Source of the DNA: an uncultured Agathobacter sp.
GTDB lineage: Bacteria > Bacillota > Clostridia > Lachnospirales > Lachnospiraceae
Length of the DNA: 64,000 bases
NCBI GenBank assembly: GCA_910587655.1
Contig: CAJUND010000011.1
Location: forward strand, 58,425 to 122,424
Reading direction: 5' to 3'
Under the pieces are notes generated by a model that was given only the letters and a program-made list of their open reading frames with translations, was not told the origin of the DNA and made no database searches. The translations under genes were made by a program, and so were the position numbers. Shown here piece after piece: positions 41,101 through 49,943 of the stretch. The number at the start of each line of letters is the position of its first letter. Position 1 is the first letter of the stretch.

Positions 41101-42192
41101 ATGGAAGTGGATCATACAACAAAAAGTCCACCCCAGATTCTGATTGTCGATGACGTGGATGTAAATGTAGAAATACTGGATAATATTATTTCGCAGGAAG
41201 GCTATGGTACTCTGTGCGCATTAAAAGTGCAGGATGCCATCGAACTCATCCGGAAGACAAAACCTTCCCTCATCCTTTCAGATATTTCAATGCCGGAGAT
41301 TGATGGTTTTGAATTCTGCCGGATGTTAAAGAATAATCCAAAAACAAGGGATATTCCTGTTATTTTTGTAACAGCATTAAGCAGCGAGGAAGAAAAGAAA
41401 AAAGCATTCATGGCAGGCGCCGTGGATTATATACCAAAACCTGTGGATGCGGTGGAAACCATTATGCGGGTAAATAACCATCTGAGCGCTTACCATATGA
41501 AACAGCAGATGGGGGATTATAACCGCCTGATGCATAAGATGGTAGAAGAACAGAAACGGCATCTGGAGAACGGTCAGAAAAACATGCTTCTGGCACTGGT
41601 CGGAATTATGGAACGCCGCCAGCCTTACATGAGAAAGCATCTGGACAATGTCGGATTTAACAGCCGGATTTTAGCGCAGGCCCTCCAGTTTCTGCCGGAA
41701 TATGAAAGTGTGGTTACGGATGAGTTTGTGGACTGTATGGATACTGCGGCAAAGCTGCATAATATAGGCAGTATTGTTGTGCCTGAAAAAATGTATCCAA
41801 ACGGGCAGATGCCCGGGGAAACGAACAGGGACTATATACAGATGTGTACGGAGGAAGGCGGAAAGATTATTGAGGATATCAATGGTAACAACGGCGACAG
41901 CCTGCTTCTGCAGATGGCGGAGCGGATTACAAGGTGTCATCATGCCCACTGGGATGGACAGGGCAGTCCACCGCTAAAAGAAAAAGAGATACCACTGGAA
42001 GCAAGAATTACACTGCTTGCCAATGATTATGATATACTGACCGCAGGAAGGGACGGTACAGGCGGTGTTTCCGCACAGGAAGCAAAAACGATCATTAATG
42101 AGAAAAGCGGTCTCATCTATGATCCGGATATTGTACAGATATTCAATAAAATCCAGAGACAGATGAAAAGTAACGGCCGCGGGGAGGAATAA
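41101..42192 (+). CDS. REC + degenerate HD-GYP protein
   Basis: Intact receiver (VDD, SDISMP, KP); HD reads HN, HHERWDG.GYP reads HHAHWDGQGSP. Confidence 0.82.
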   Translation: MEVDHTTKSPPQILIVDDVDVNVEILDNIISQEGYGTLCALKVQDAIELIRKTKPSLILSDISMPEIDGFEFCRMLKNNPKTRDIPVIFVTALSSEEEKKKAFMAGAVDYIPKPVDAVETIMRVNNHLSAYHMKQQMGDYNRLMHKMVEEQKRHLENGQKNMLLALVGIMERRQPYMRKHLDNVGFNSRILAQALQFLPEYESVVTDEFVDCMDTAAKLHNIGSIVVPEKMYPNGQMPGETNRDYIQMCTEEGGKIIEDINGNNGDSLLLQMAERITRCHHAHWDGQGSPPLKEKEIPLEARITLLANDYDILTAGRDGTGGVSAQEAKTIINEKSGLIYDPDIVQIFNKIQRQMKSNGRGEE

Positions 42193-42193
42193 C

Positions 42194-42997
42194 GTGTTAT
42201 CTGATCATGAGTTTCAAAGAATTGTTTCATATGTGAAGGGCAATTACGGGATTGATTTAAGCCAGAAAAGAATCCTGGTAGACGGCAGGCTGAAAAATTA
42301 CCTGCTTAGAAATGGATATTCCGGTTATGATGAATATATGGAGGAAGTAGAATCCAATCCCGGCGGTAAGGAAGCAAAAAATCTTGTCAACATACTGACA
42401 ACCAATCATACATATTTTATGAGGGAAAGTGAGCACTTTGATTTTTTGCAGCAGGTGGTACTTCCCCAGCTGAAAGTAAAGGAAGCCGCAAGGAAGGATT
42501 TGCGGATATGGTCAGCAGCTTCTTCAACAGGAGAGGAACCGTATACACTTGCAATGATTCTGATGGATTTTTTCGGACTCGAACACAAACAGTGGGATAC
42601 CACAGTGCTTGCCACTGATATTTCAACCCAGGTGCTGGAACATGCGTCAAAGGGAGTTTATCTGAAAGAGCAGCTGGAAGTTCTGCCGCCGAAATGGAAG
42701 AACCACTATTTTAAGAAGATTGGGACAGAAGAATACCAGGCAACCGAGGAGTTACGAAAAGAAGTTCTCTTCCGGCAGTTTAACCTGATGAACAGGTTTC
42801 CGTTCCGCAGAAAGTTCCATGTTGTTTTTCTGCGAAATGTTATGATTTATTTTGAAGAAGATACAAAATATGGGCTTTTGGATAAGATTTATGACTTTAT
42901 GGAACCGGGGGGGTATCTGTTTATCGGAACAACGGAAAGTCTGAATAAGGGCAGAACAAGGTTTAACTATGTCCAGCCTTCAATCTATAGAAAATAA
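42194..42997 (+). CDS. cheR: Chemotaxis methyltransferase
   Basis: TTNHTYFMRE, WSAASSTGEEPY, ATDIS, FLRNVMIYF. Confidence 0.94.
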   Translation: MLSDHEFQRIVSYVKGNYGIDLSQKRILVDGRLKNYLLRNGYSGYDEYMEEVESNPGGKEAKNLVNILTTNHTYFMRESEHFDFLQQVVLPQLKVKEAARKDLRIWSAASSTGEEPYTLAMILMDFFGLEHKQWDTTVLATDISTQVLEHASKGVYLKEQLEVLPPKWKNHYFKKIGTEEYQATEELRKEVLFRQFNLMNRFPFRRKFHVVFLRNVMIYFEEDTKYGLLDKIYDFMEPGGYLFIGTTESLNKGRTRFNYVQPSIYRK

Positions 42998-43008
42998 GGG
43001 AGATTTTT

Positions 43009-44028
43009 ATGAGGAAAATTAAAGTACTTGTAGTGGATGATTCCATATTGTTCCGTAATCTGCTGGTACAGAATCTGGAACAGGATCCAGGTATTGAAGT
43101 TGTGGCACAGGCGGGGGATCCATATGAAGCCAGGGATGCCATTCTAAAATATAAGCCGGATGTTATGACACTGGATGTGGAAATGCCCAGAATGAGCGGG
43201 ATAGAGTTTTTAAGGAAACTGATGCCCCAGTATCCGATTCCTACGGTTGTTATCAGTGCGCTGGATGCATCCGTATTTGATGCACTTGAAGCAGGGGCAG
43301 TGGATTTTGTAAACAAACCGTCCAATATGGATAGAGTACAGCTGGGACAGTTTTTAAGACAGGAGCTTGTAACAAAGATTAAAATTGCATCCACGGCAAA
43401 ACTTGGCCAGCTGAAAAAAGTAGATGTTAATCCCGTGGGGGGAGGCATCGCAAAGCCGGACGGACGGCTGATTGCCATTGGAGCTTCCACTGGCGGAACA
43501 GAAGCTATTTTTGAGGTTGTCAAACAGTTCCGGCGTGATATACCCGGAGTTGTGATTGTCCAGCATATGCCTCCGGGATTTACAAAGATGTATGCGGAAA
43601 GATTAAACAACCAGTGTACTGTTTCTGTCAAGGAAGCGGAAACAGGCGACAGGGTTTTGCAGGGGCAGGTTCTGATTGCACCGGGAGACCGGCAGATGCG
43701 GGTTGTAAAAGTTGGAAACATGTACCAGGTGGAATGCAGGGGAACCGAAAAGGTAAGCGGACACTGTCCGTCTGTGGATGTACTGTTTGAGTCTGTGGCA
43801 AAGGTTGCAGGAAACAAGGCAATCGGTGTCATACTGACCGGAATGGGTGCAGATGGTTCCAAGGGACTTCTGCAGATGCGAAAGGCGGGTGCACAGACCA
43901 TCGGACAAAATGAAGCAACCTGTGTGGTATATGGTATGCCAAAGGTTGCCTATGACATCGGTGCGGTACAGTACCAGACAGGAATTACGGCAGTTACAGG
44001 CAAAATATACAGTCTGTTAAAAGCATAA
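43009..44028 (+). CDS. cheB: Chemotaxis methylesterase (REC + CheB)
   Basis: TLDVEMP receiver; GASTGG, QHMP, GMGADG catalytic triad. Confidence 0.95.
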   Translation: MRKIKVLVVDDSILFRNLLVQNLEQDPGIEVVAQAGDPYEARDAILKYKPDVMTLDVEMPRMSGIEFLRKLMPQYPIPTVVISALDASVFDALEAGAVDFVNKPSNMDRVQLGQFLRQELVTKIKIASTAKLGQLKKVDVNPVGGGIAKPDGRLIAIGASTGGTEAIFEVVKQFRRDIPGVVIVQHMPPGFTKMYAERLNNQCTVSVKEAETGDRVLQGQVLIAPGDRQMRVVKVGNMYQVECRGTEKVSGHCPSVDVLFESVAKVAGNKAIGVILTGMGADGSKGLLQMRKAGAQTIGQNEATCVVYGMPKVAYDIGAVQYQTGITAVTGKIYSLLKA

Positions 44029-44048
44029 ATAGAAAGGAGTACAGTGAT

Positions 44049-44441
44049 ATGAAAATATTAATGGCAGAAGATGACTTCGCCAGCCGTAAGTTTATGGATA
44101 ATTATCTGTCACAGTATGGGGAATGTGATGTGACAGTAGACGGGGAAGAGGCTGTCGATGCCTTTATGATGGCACTCGAAGACGATGAACCTTACGATTT
44201 GATCTGTCTTGACGTGATGATGCCGGTTATGGACGGGTATCAGGTACTGAAGGCAATCCGTGATATTGAAACACAGAGGGGAATTTCAAAGAAAAAACGT
44301 GTCAAGGTCATTATGACATCCGCACTGAATGAGGAGCGCAATGTAAAGACGGCATTTGAGCTGGGATGTGAGGCATATTCCGGCAAGCCCATTGATGTGG
44401 AGAAATTTGATAAGTTATTAAAAAAGCTGGAATTAATTTGA
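44049..44441 (+). CDS. cheY: Stand-alone CheY-like response regulator
   Basis: AEDD, CLDVMMP, TSA, GKP; single domain located between cheB and cheA. Confidence 0.75.
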   Translation: MKILMAEDDFASRKFMDNYLSQYGECDVTVDGEEAVDAFMMALEDDEPYDLICLDVMMPVMDGYQVLKAIRDIETQRGISKKKRVKVIMTSALNEERNVKTAFELGCEAYSGKPIDVEKFDKLLKKLELI

Positions 44442-44486
44442 GTAACGTCATAGGACGGTTACAAAATACGAAGGATTGGAGGAAGT

Positions 44487-46619
44487 ATGGCAGAGGAATT
44501 TAACAATGACGGAATGCTGGATATGTTTTTATATGAAAGCGGCCAGCTTTTGGAAAAGCTAGAGGGCATCATACTGGAAAAACAGGATGCCGACTGTTTT
44601 GACGAGTCCGATATTAATGAAATCTTCCGAATCATGCATACAATTAAGGGTTCATCCGGAATCATGATGTTTGAAAACATCACAAAGGTTACCCACAGAC
44701 TGGAAGATGTGTTCTTCTATCTGAGGGAATCACAGCCGGATAATGTGCCCCATCTGGAGCTGGTGGATAAGGTTCTTGATGTGTCTGATTTTGTCAATGG
44801 TGAGATGGAAAAAATTAAGGCTGGCGGAAAGACGGACGGTGATGAAGGTCCTCTTTTAAAAGAACTGGATGATTTTCTTGCCAAGCTCAAGGGCGAAATC
44901 AAGGACCAGGGAATTCCGCTTCCAAAGCAGAAGAAGAATGACGAGCCGAGCCAGTTTTATATCGCGCCTGTGGCAAGTGAGAACAGCCGGTTTTTCCAGA
45001 TAGTCATTCATTACCGGAATGACACCATGATGAGTAATCTGCGTGCATATGCAGCAACTTTTGCCCTGAAAGAGGTTGCCGAAGATATGCTGTATACACC
45101 AGAGGATATCATGACAAACGAGTCGAGTGCAGATGTGATTCTTGCAGAAGGGTTTTATATCATCCTGCAGACGAAAAGTTCGGCAGAGGAAGTTCATGAA
45201 CTGGTGGACAGTACTGAGGCTGAAAACATTGAAATCTCAGAGCTTTCTGCAGAGGAATACGGGCAGAAACTTGTGGAACACGGACGGGTGGACGCACCGC
45301 CGGCAGCCAGTGCAAAAGCAAGTGAACCGGTAAAGGAAGAAAAAAAGGCGCAGGCGCCGGTTGTTCCCGGAGATTATGTTGTCAAGTCAAAGGAAACCGG
45401 AAAAGGAAAGACCCTTGCAAAGAACCAGCCGAAGAAGCAGAGTATTATCAGTGTAAATGTAGAAAAAATGGATGCACTGATGGACTTAATCGGGGAAATT
45501 GTAATTGCCGAGGCAGTTGTGTTGCAGAATCCTGATTTAAAAGTGCCGGGGCTTGAACTTCCAAACTTCCAGAAAGCGGGAGCGCAGCTTTCCAAGATTA
45601 CCACAGAGCTGCAGGAAATCATCATGTCCCTGCGAATGATGCCGCTGACAAATGCATTTCAGAAGATGAAAAGAATTGTCTTTGATGTTTCCAGAAAACT
45701 TGGAAAAGACATAGAGGTGCAGGTGGTTGGTGAGAACACAGAGGTGGATAAAAATATCATTGAGCATATTACGGATCCTTTGATGCATCTGGTTCGAAAT
45801 TCTGTGGACCATGGAATTGAAGAGAATGTGGAAGAGAGAACCAGCCGCGGCAAACCGGCAAAGGGAAGGATTACACTGGAAGCCAAAAACGAGGGCGGAA
45901 AGGTATATATCAGCGTAAAGGATGACGGAAAAGGACTCAGCAAGGAAAAACTGTATGAAAAGGCATATAATGTCGGATTAATCGGGGAAAGACCAATTAC
46001 GGATTTTACTGACAAGGAAATTTACAGTTTCATTACCCTGCCGGGATTTTCCACAAAAGAGCAGGTAACAGAATATTCCGGACGAGGGGTCGGCATGGAT
46101 GTGGTTGTTAAGAACATCCAGAGCATCGGCGGAAGGCTGGATATTGAAAGTACGGAAGGCGCAGGTTCGGAGATGACACTTGTGATTCCGCTGACGCTTG
46201 CCATTATTAACGGTATTGTCGTACAGATTGGAACATCTTCATTTGTACTGGAAACAGCATCAGTAAAAACCTTTATGAGAATCACCAGTGACTCCATAAT
46301 TACGGAACCGGACGGAGAGGAGTACATTGTTCTTCGGGATGAGTGTTATCCGTTTGTCCGTCTGAATGAAAAATATAATCTAAAGGAAGCCGGAACCAAG
46401 GTGGAGGATGGTATCATAGTAGTACTCGAACACGAGAGCCACCAGATATGTATACTGATTGACAAACTGGTGCAGGAGCAGGAAATTGTTGTCAAGCCAA
46501 TTCCATCCTATATCAGAAAAGTAAAGGGTGTGTCCGGATGTACACAGCTGGGGGATGGCAGCATTGCCCTGATACTGGATATCGCCAGTCTTGTAGAAAA
46601 TAAAGAAAGGAGGATATAG
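44487..46619 (+). CDS. cheA: Chemotaxis histidine kinase
   Basis: Hpt IFRIMHTIKG, P2, DPLMHLVRNSVDHG, SGRGVGMDVV, C-terminal CheW domain; no fused REC. Confidence 0.95.
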   Translation: MAEEFNNDGMLDMFLYESGQLLEKLEGIILEKQDADCFDESDINEIFRIMHTIKGSSGIMMFENITKVTHRLEDVFFYLRESQPDNVPHLELVDKVLDVSDFVNGEMEKIKAGGKTDGDEGPLLKELDDFLAKLKGEIKDQGIPLPKQKKNDEPSQFYIAPVASENSRFFQIVIHYRNDTMMSNLRAYAATFALKEVAEDMLYTPEDIMTNESSADVILAEGFYIILQTKSSAEEVHELVDSTEAENIEISELSAEEYGQKLVEHGRVDAPPAASAKASEPVKEEKKAQAPVVPGDYVVKSKETGKGKTLAKNQPKKQSIISVNVEKMDALMDLIGEIVIAEAVVLQNPDLKVPGLELPNFQKAGAQLSKITTELQEIIMSLRMMPLTNAFQKMKRIVFDVSRKLGKDIEVQVVGENTEVDKNIIEHITDPLMHLVRNSVDHGIEENVEERTSRGKPAKGRITLEAKNEGGKVYISVKDDGKGLSKEKLYEKAYNVGLIGERPITDFTDKEIYSFITLPGFSTKEQVTEYSGRGVGMDVVVKNIQSIGGRLDIESTEGAGSEMTLVIPLTLAIINGIVVQIGTSSFVLETASVKTFMRITSDSIITEPDGEEYIVLRDECYPFVRLNEKYNLKEAGTKVEDGIIVVLEHESHQICILIDKLVQEQEIVVKPIPSYIRKVKGVSGCTQLGDGSIALILDIASLVENKERRI

Positions 46620-47144
46620 ATGGCTGAGGAAATTATGGTAGCGGAATTGGAAGAAGAAGCTGCAGACGAGTCCCAGAAGGGACAGTTTATGACCTTCCAG
46701 ACAGGAAAGGAGTTCTTTGGCATCGGTATCAGCTACATCAATGAAATCATTATGATGCAGCCCATCACACCGGTACCGGAAGTAGATGATTATATCAAAG
46801 GACTGATTAATCTGCGCGGTAAGATTATTCCGGTCATCGATGTCCGGGTGAGATTTAAGATGGCTCCTGCGGAGTACACGGACAGAACGTGTATTATCAT
46901 CATTAATGTGAAATCCATGACAATTGGTCTGATTGTCGAACAGATAGCAGAAGTTGTCAATATCTCAGATGATGATATTGTTTCCCTTCCGTCCCTGAAA
47001 CGCAAAGAACGGGAGCATAACAAATATGTTTATGGTCTTGCCAGACTGGAAGATTCCGTAAAGATGCTGCTTGATCCGGAGAAACTGATAAAACAGGAAG
47101 ACCTGGAAAAAATTGGGGAGAATCAAGAGGAAGAACAAGAGTAA
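46620..47144 (+). CDS. cheW: Chemotaxis coupling protein
   Basis: [15 protein letters not shown] motif. Confidence 0.93.
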   Translation: MAEEIMVAELEEEAADESQKGQFMTFQTGKEFFGIGISYINEIIMMQPITPVPEVDDYIKGLINLRGKIIPVIDVRVRFKMAPAEYTDRTCIIIINVKSMTIGLIVEQIAEVVNISDDDIVSLPSLKRKEREHNKYVYGLARLEDSVKMLLDPEKLIKQEDLEKIGENQEEEQE

Positions 47145-47160
47145 AAAGGAGAAAGATAAA

Positions 47161-48987
47161 ATGAAAAAAGGAGAATCTACAATGAAAAAAGGTTTTTCAA
47201 TAAACAACATGTCCGTTCGGGCAAAAATTACAATGTTCAGTGTTGTGATGCTGGTGTTCATGCTCTGCATTGCAGCGGTTGGAATTTTTTCTGCCAACTC
47301 CATTAACCAGACGAGAAAAAAGCTCTATGATAACTATGGAATGGGCCAGTTATATATGAGCCAGGGATTTTCAGATTTCTGTAACATAAAGGTGCGTATC
47401 AGAAATGCCCTGCTTGCTTATGCTGATGATGCGGCTAATTTCAAGGCACAGAAAGATGATATTGAGAAATACAAAGAAGAATGCTATGAGTCTTTTGGTA
47501 AGTTTGAAGCGCTTATGGATGTATTTCCGCAGGAAATCCGCGACCAGTACCAGCAGGTCAGGGATGCCGTTGACGAATGGATTGCTGCGAACGAAAACTA
47601 CATTACCCTTGGGGAAAGCAATCGTGCAAAGGAGGCCATTAATGATCTGATGACGAGTGGTAAGACGCTTGCTAACGAAACGGAAGAGAAGTTAAATACA
47701 CTGATTACGATGCTTTCGGAAGAATCTGATAAACAAAGCAACCGAGCAGAGCTTTCCATGAATGTGCTGACTAGTATTTCAGTCGGGGTTGCAGCGCTTG
47801 CAGTCATTATTGCAATTGCATATGCACTGGTATTAATCAAAAACATTATCGCTCCTGTTAAAAAGCTTTCCATTGCAGCAAAGAAAATGGCACTTGGTGA
47901 TGTGGATGTAGACTGTGAAAAGATTAACGATGATGATCTTGGAGAACTGATGGATAACTTCAAGATTATGATTAACGGAATCAGGGGACAGGTTGACGTT
48001 GCCAATGAAATTGCAAAGGGTGACCTGACCGTTGTAGCGGATGTCAGAAGTGATCAGGATGTTCTGGGTAAATCATTCCAGCGTATACTAACAGATAATA
48101 ACAGAATACTCGGCGGAATCAAGGAATCAACTTCCCAGGTTACTGTTGGTGCAGAACAGGTGGCGAGTGCAAGCCAGTCACTGGCACAGGGCTCCACAGA
48201 GCAGGCAAGCGCACTGCAGGAGGTTACTGCTTCCATGGCTGAAATTGCAGAGCATACCAAGGCAAATGCAGAACAGGCGAGTGAGGCTGATGATCTGGTA
48301 CGTAATGTAAAAGAAACTGCAATTGATGGTAACGGACAAATGAAAGCAATGATTGGTGCCATGAATGACATCAATGAGTCTTCTGAAACAATTTCCAAGA
48401 TTATCAAGGTCATTGACGATATCGCATTCCAGACCAATATCCTTGCACTGAATGCCGCGGTTGAGGCTGCAAGGGCAGGTGTGCATGGGAAAGGGTTTGC
48501 AGTAGTTGCGGAAGAAGTCAGAAGTCTTGCAGCAAAGAGTGCTTCTGCAGCAAGTGAAACACAGGAAATGATTGAAGATATCATCCGTAAGATTGGACAC
48601 GGCAGCAAGCTCGCAGAGGAAACAGCCGTTTCACTGAATGAAATTGTAGAGGCAATTGACAAGATTGTAAGCCTGATTGGAAGTATTGCTGTGGCATCCA
48701 ATGACCAGGCAACTTCTGTATCCCAGATTGACCAGGCAATCAGCCAGGTATCCCAGGTTGTACAGACAAACTCTGCTACAAGTGAGGAATGTGCGGCAGC
48801 CTCTGAGGAACTTTCCAACCAGGTGGCAAACCTTCGCACAATGATTGGAAATTACAAACTGCTGTCCCAGAACAGCGGTATGTCAGGAAGTTCATCAATG
48901 GATGACCATCTGGACACAAAACTGCATGATGACAGCAGTTATAACGAACAGATTATTTCCCTTGACGGTGAATTTGGGAAATACTAA
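47161..48987 (+). CDS. Methyl-accepting chemotaxis protein (TM-helical sensor-TM-HAMP-MA)
   Basis: [33 protein letters not shown] hairpin tip; two TM helices; start 47161 or 47182. Confidence 0.93.
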   Translation: MKKGESTMKKGFSINNMSVRAKITMFSVVMLVFMLCIAAVGIFSANSINQTRKKLYDNYGMGQLYMSQGFSDFCNIKVRIRNALLAYADDAANFKAQKDDIEKYKEECYESFGKFEALMDVFPQEIRDQYQQVRDAVDEWIAANENYITLGESNRAKEAINDLMTSGKTLANETEEKLNTLITMLSEESDKQSNRAELSMNVLTSISVGVAALAVIIAIAYALVLIKNIIAPVKKLSIAAKKMALGDVDVDCEKINDDDLGELMDNFKIMINGIRGQVDVANEIAKGDLTVVADVRSDQDVLGKSFQRILTDNNRILGGIKESTSQVTVGAEQVASASQSLAQGSTEQASALQEVTASMAEIAEHTKANAEQASEADDLVRNVKETAIDGNGQMKAMIGAMNDINESSETISKIIKVIDDIAFQTNILALNAAVEAARAGVHGKGFAVVAEEVRSLAAKSASAASETQEMIEDIIRKIGHGSKLAEETAVSLNEIVEAIDKIVSLIGSIAVASNDQATSVSQIDQAISQVSQVVQTNSATSEECAAASEELSNQVANLRTMIGNYKLLSQNSGMSGSSSMDDHLDTKLHDDSSYNEQIISLDGEFGKY

Positions 48988-49060
48988 AATCAGACAAAAA
49001 ATAATAAACAGGAACTGTAATTCCTTTTGAAGTGATTCCAGTATAGTTTTATGGTTAATT

Positions 49061-49125
49061 ATCGACAATCTTTGACATAATCTATGGGTGTTCCGTGTTT
49101 ATATTAATTATGACTGAATTTGACA
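49061..49125 (-). promoter_or_regulatory. Three 0A-box-like heptamers upstream of spo0A
   Basis: Minus-strand TGTCGAT (49061-67), TGTCAAA (49071-77), TGTCAAA (49119-25), each one mismatch from TGNCGAA. Confidence 0.5.
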
Positions 49126-49140
49126 TCTAGGAGGCCTTAA

Positions 49141-49932
49141 ATGGGAAAACTAAATGTCGCAATTGCAGATGATAATGAGGTTACGAGGGAATTATTAGGG
49201 AATATTGTTTCCGGTGATGATGAACTCAGGCTGGTTGGAACCGCAAAAGATGGTGAAGAAGCGTGTCTTTTAATCAAGGAAAAAGAGCCGGATGTGGTAT
49301 TACTGGATATCGTGATGCCAAAGCTGGATGGTCTTGGTGTGCTGGACAGAATCCGAACAGACCAGACACTGAAGCACCGTCCAACTTTCCTCATGGTCAG
49401 TGCAGTCAGTAATGAAAGAATTACAGAGGATGTGTTTGAGCGAGGGGCAGATTATTTTATTATGAAGCCGTTCGACAACAGTATTATTCTGGACCGCATC
49501 AAAACCGTTTTAAAACGTAAAAATACAAAGGAAATAAGAAAAGTATTTGAAATTGACCGTAGTGAACCGGACTCTCTGAAAACGCTGGAAGAGGATGTTA
49601 CAGAGATTATTCATGAAGTGGGAGTGCCTGCCCATATTAAGGGATACCAGTACTTACGGGAAGCGATTATCATGTCAGTGAACAATATGGATATGTTAAA
49701 TTCCATTACCAAGATACTGTATCCGGGCATTGCAAAAAAGTTTCAGACTACGCCAAGCCGGGTGGAACGTGCCATTCGTCACGCGATTGAAGTGGCATGG
49801 AGCAGAGGAAAAATGGATACACTGGATGATTTGTTTGGCTATACCATAAGCAATGGCAAAGGAAAACCAACAAATTCAGAGTTTATCGCTTTAATTACAG
49901 ACAAGATACGTTTACAGATGAAGAATAAATAG
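49141..49932 (+). CDS. spo0A: Sporulation master regulator Spo0A
   Basis: Receiver domain plus [43 protein letters not shown]. Confidence 0.97.
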   Translation: MGKLNVAIADDNEVTRELLGNIVSGDDELRLVGTAKDGEEACLLIKEKEPDVVLLDIVMPKLDGLGVLDRIRTDQTLKHRPTFLMVSAVSNERITEDVFERGADYFIMKPFDNSIILDRIKTVLKRKNTKEIRKVFEIDRSEPDSLKTLEEDVTEIIHEVGVPAHIKGYQYLREAIIMSVNNMDMLNSITKILYPGIAKKFQTTPSRVERAIRHAIEVAWSRGKMDTLDDLFGYTISNGKGKPTNSEFIALITDKIRLQMKNK

Positions 49933-49943
49933 GAGAGAATTAT

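Noticed and set aside
48054..48839. Long antisense ORFs (also 10431-11180, 40309-41013, 42963-43901, 59067-59828)
   Set aside because: Shadows of well-supported genes on the opposite strand with no recognisable motifs
13568..49140. Active mobile element (ICE or prophage)
   Set aside because: No integrase, transposase, relaxase, phage genes or flanking direct repeats seen
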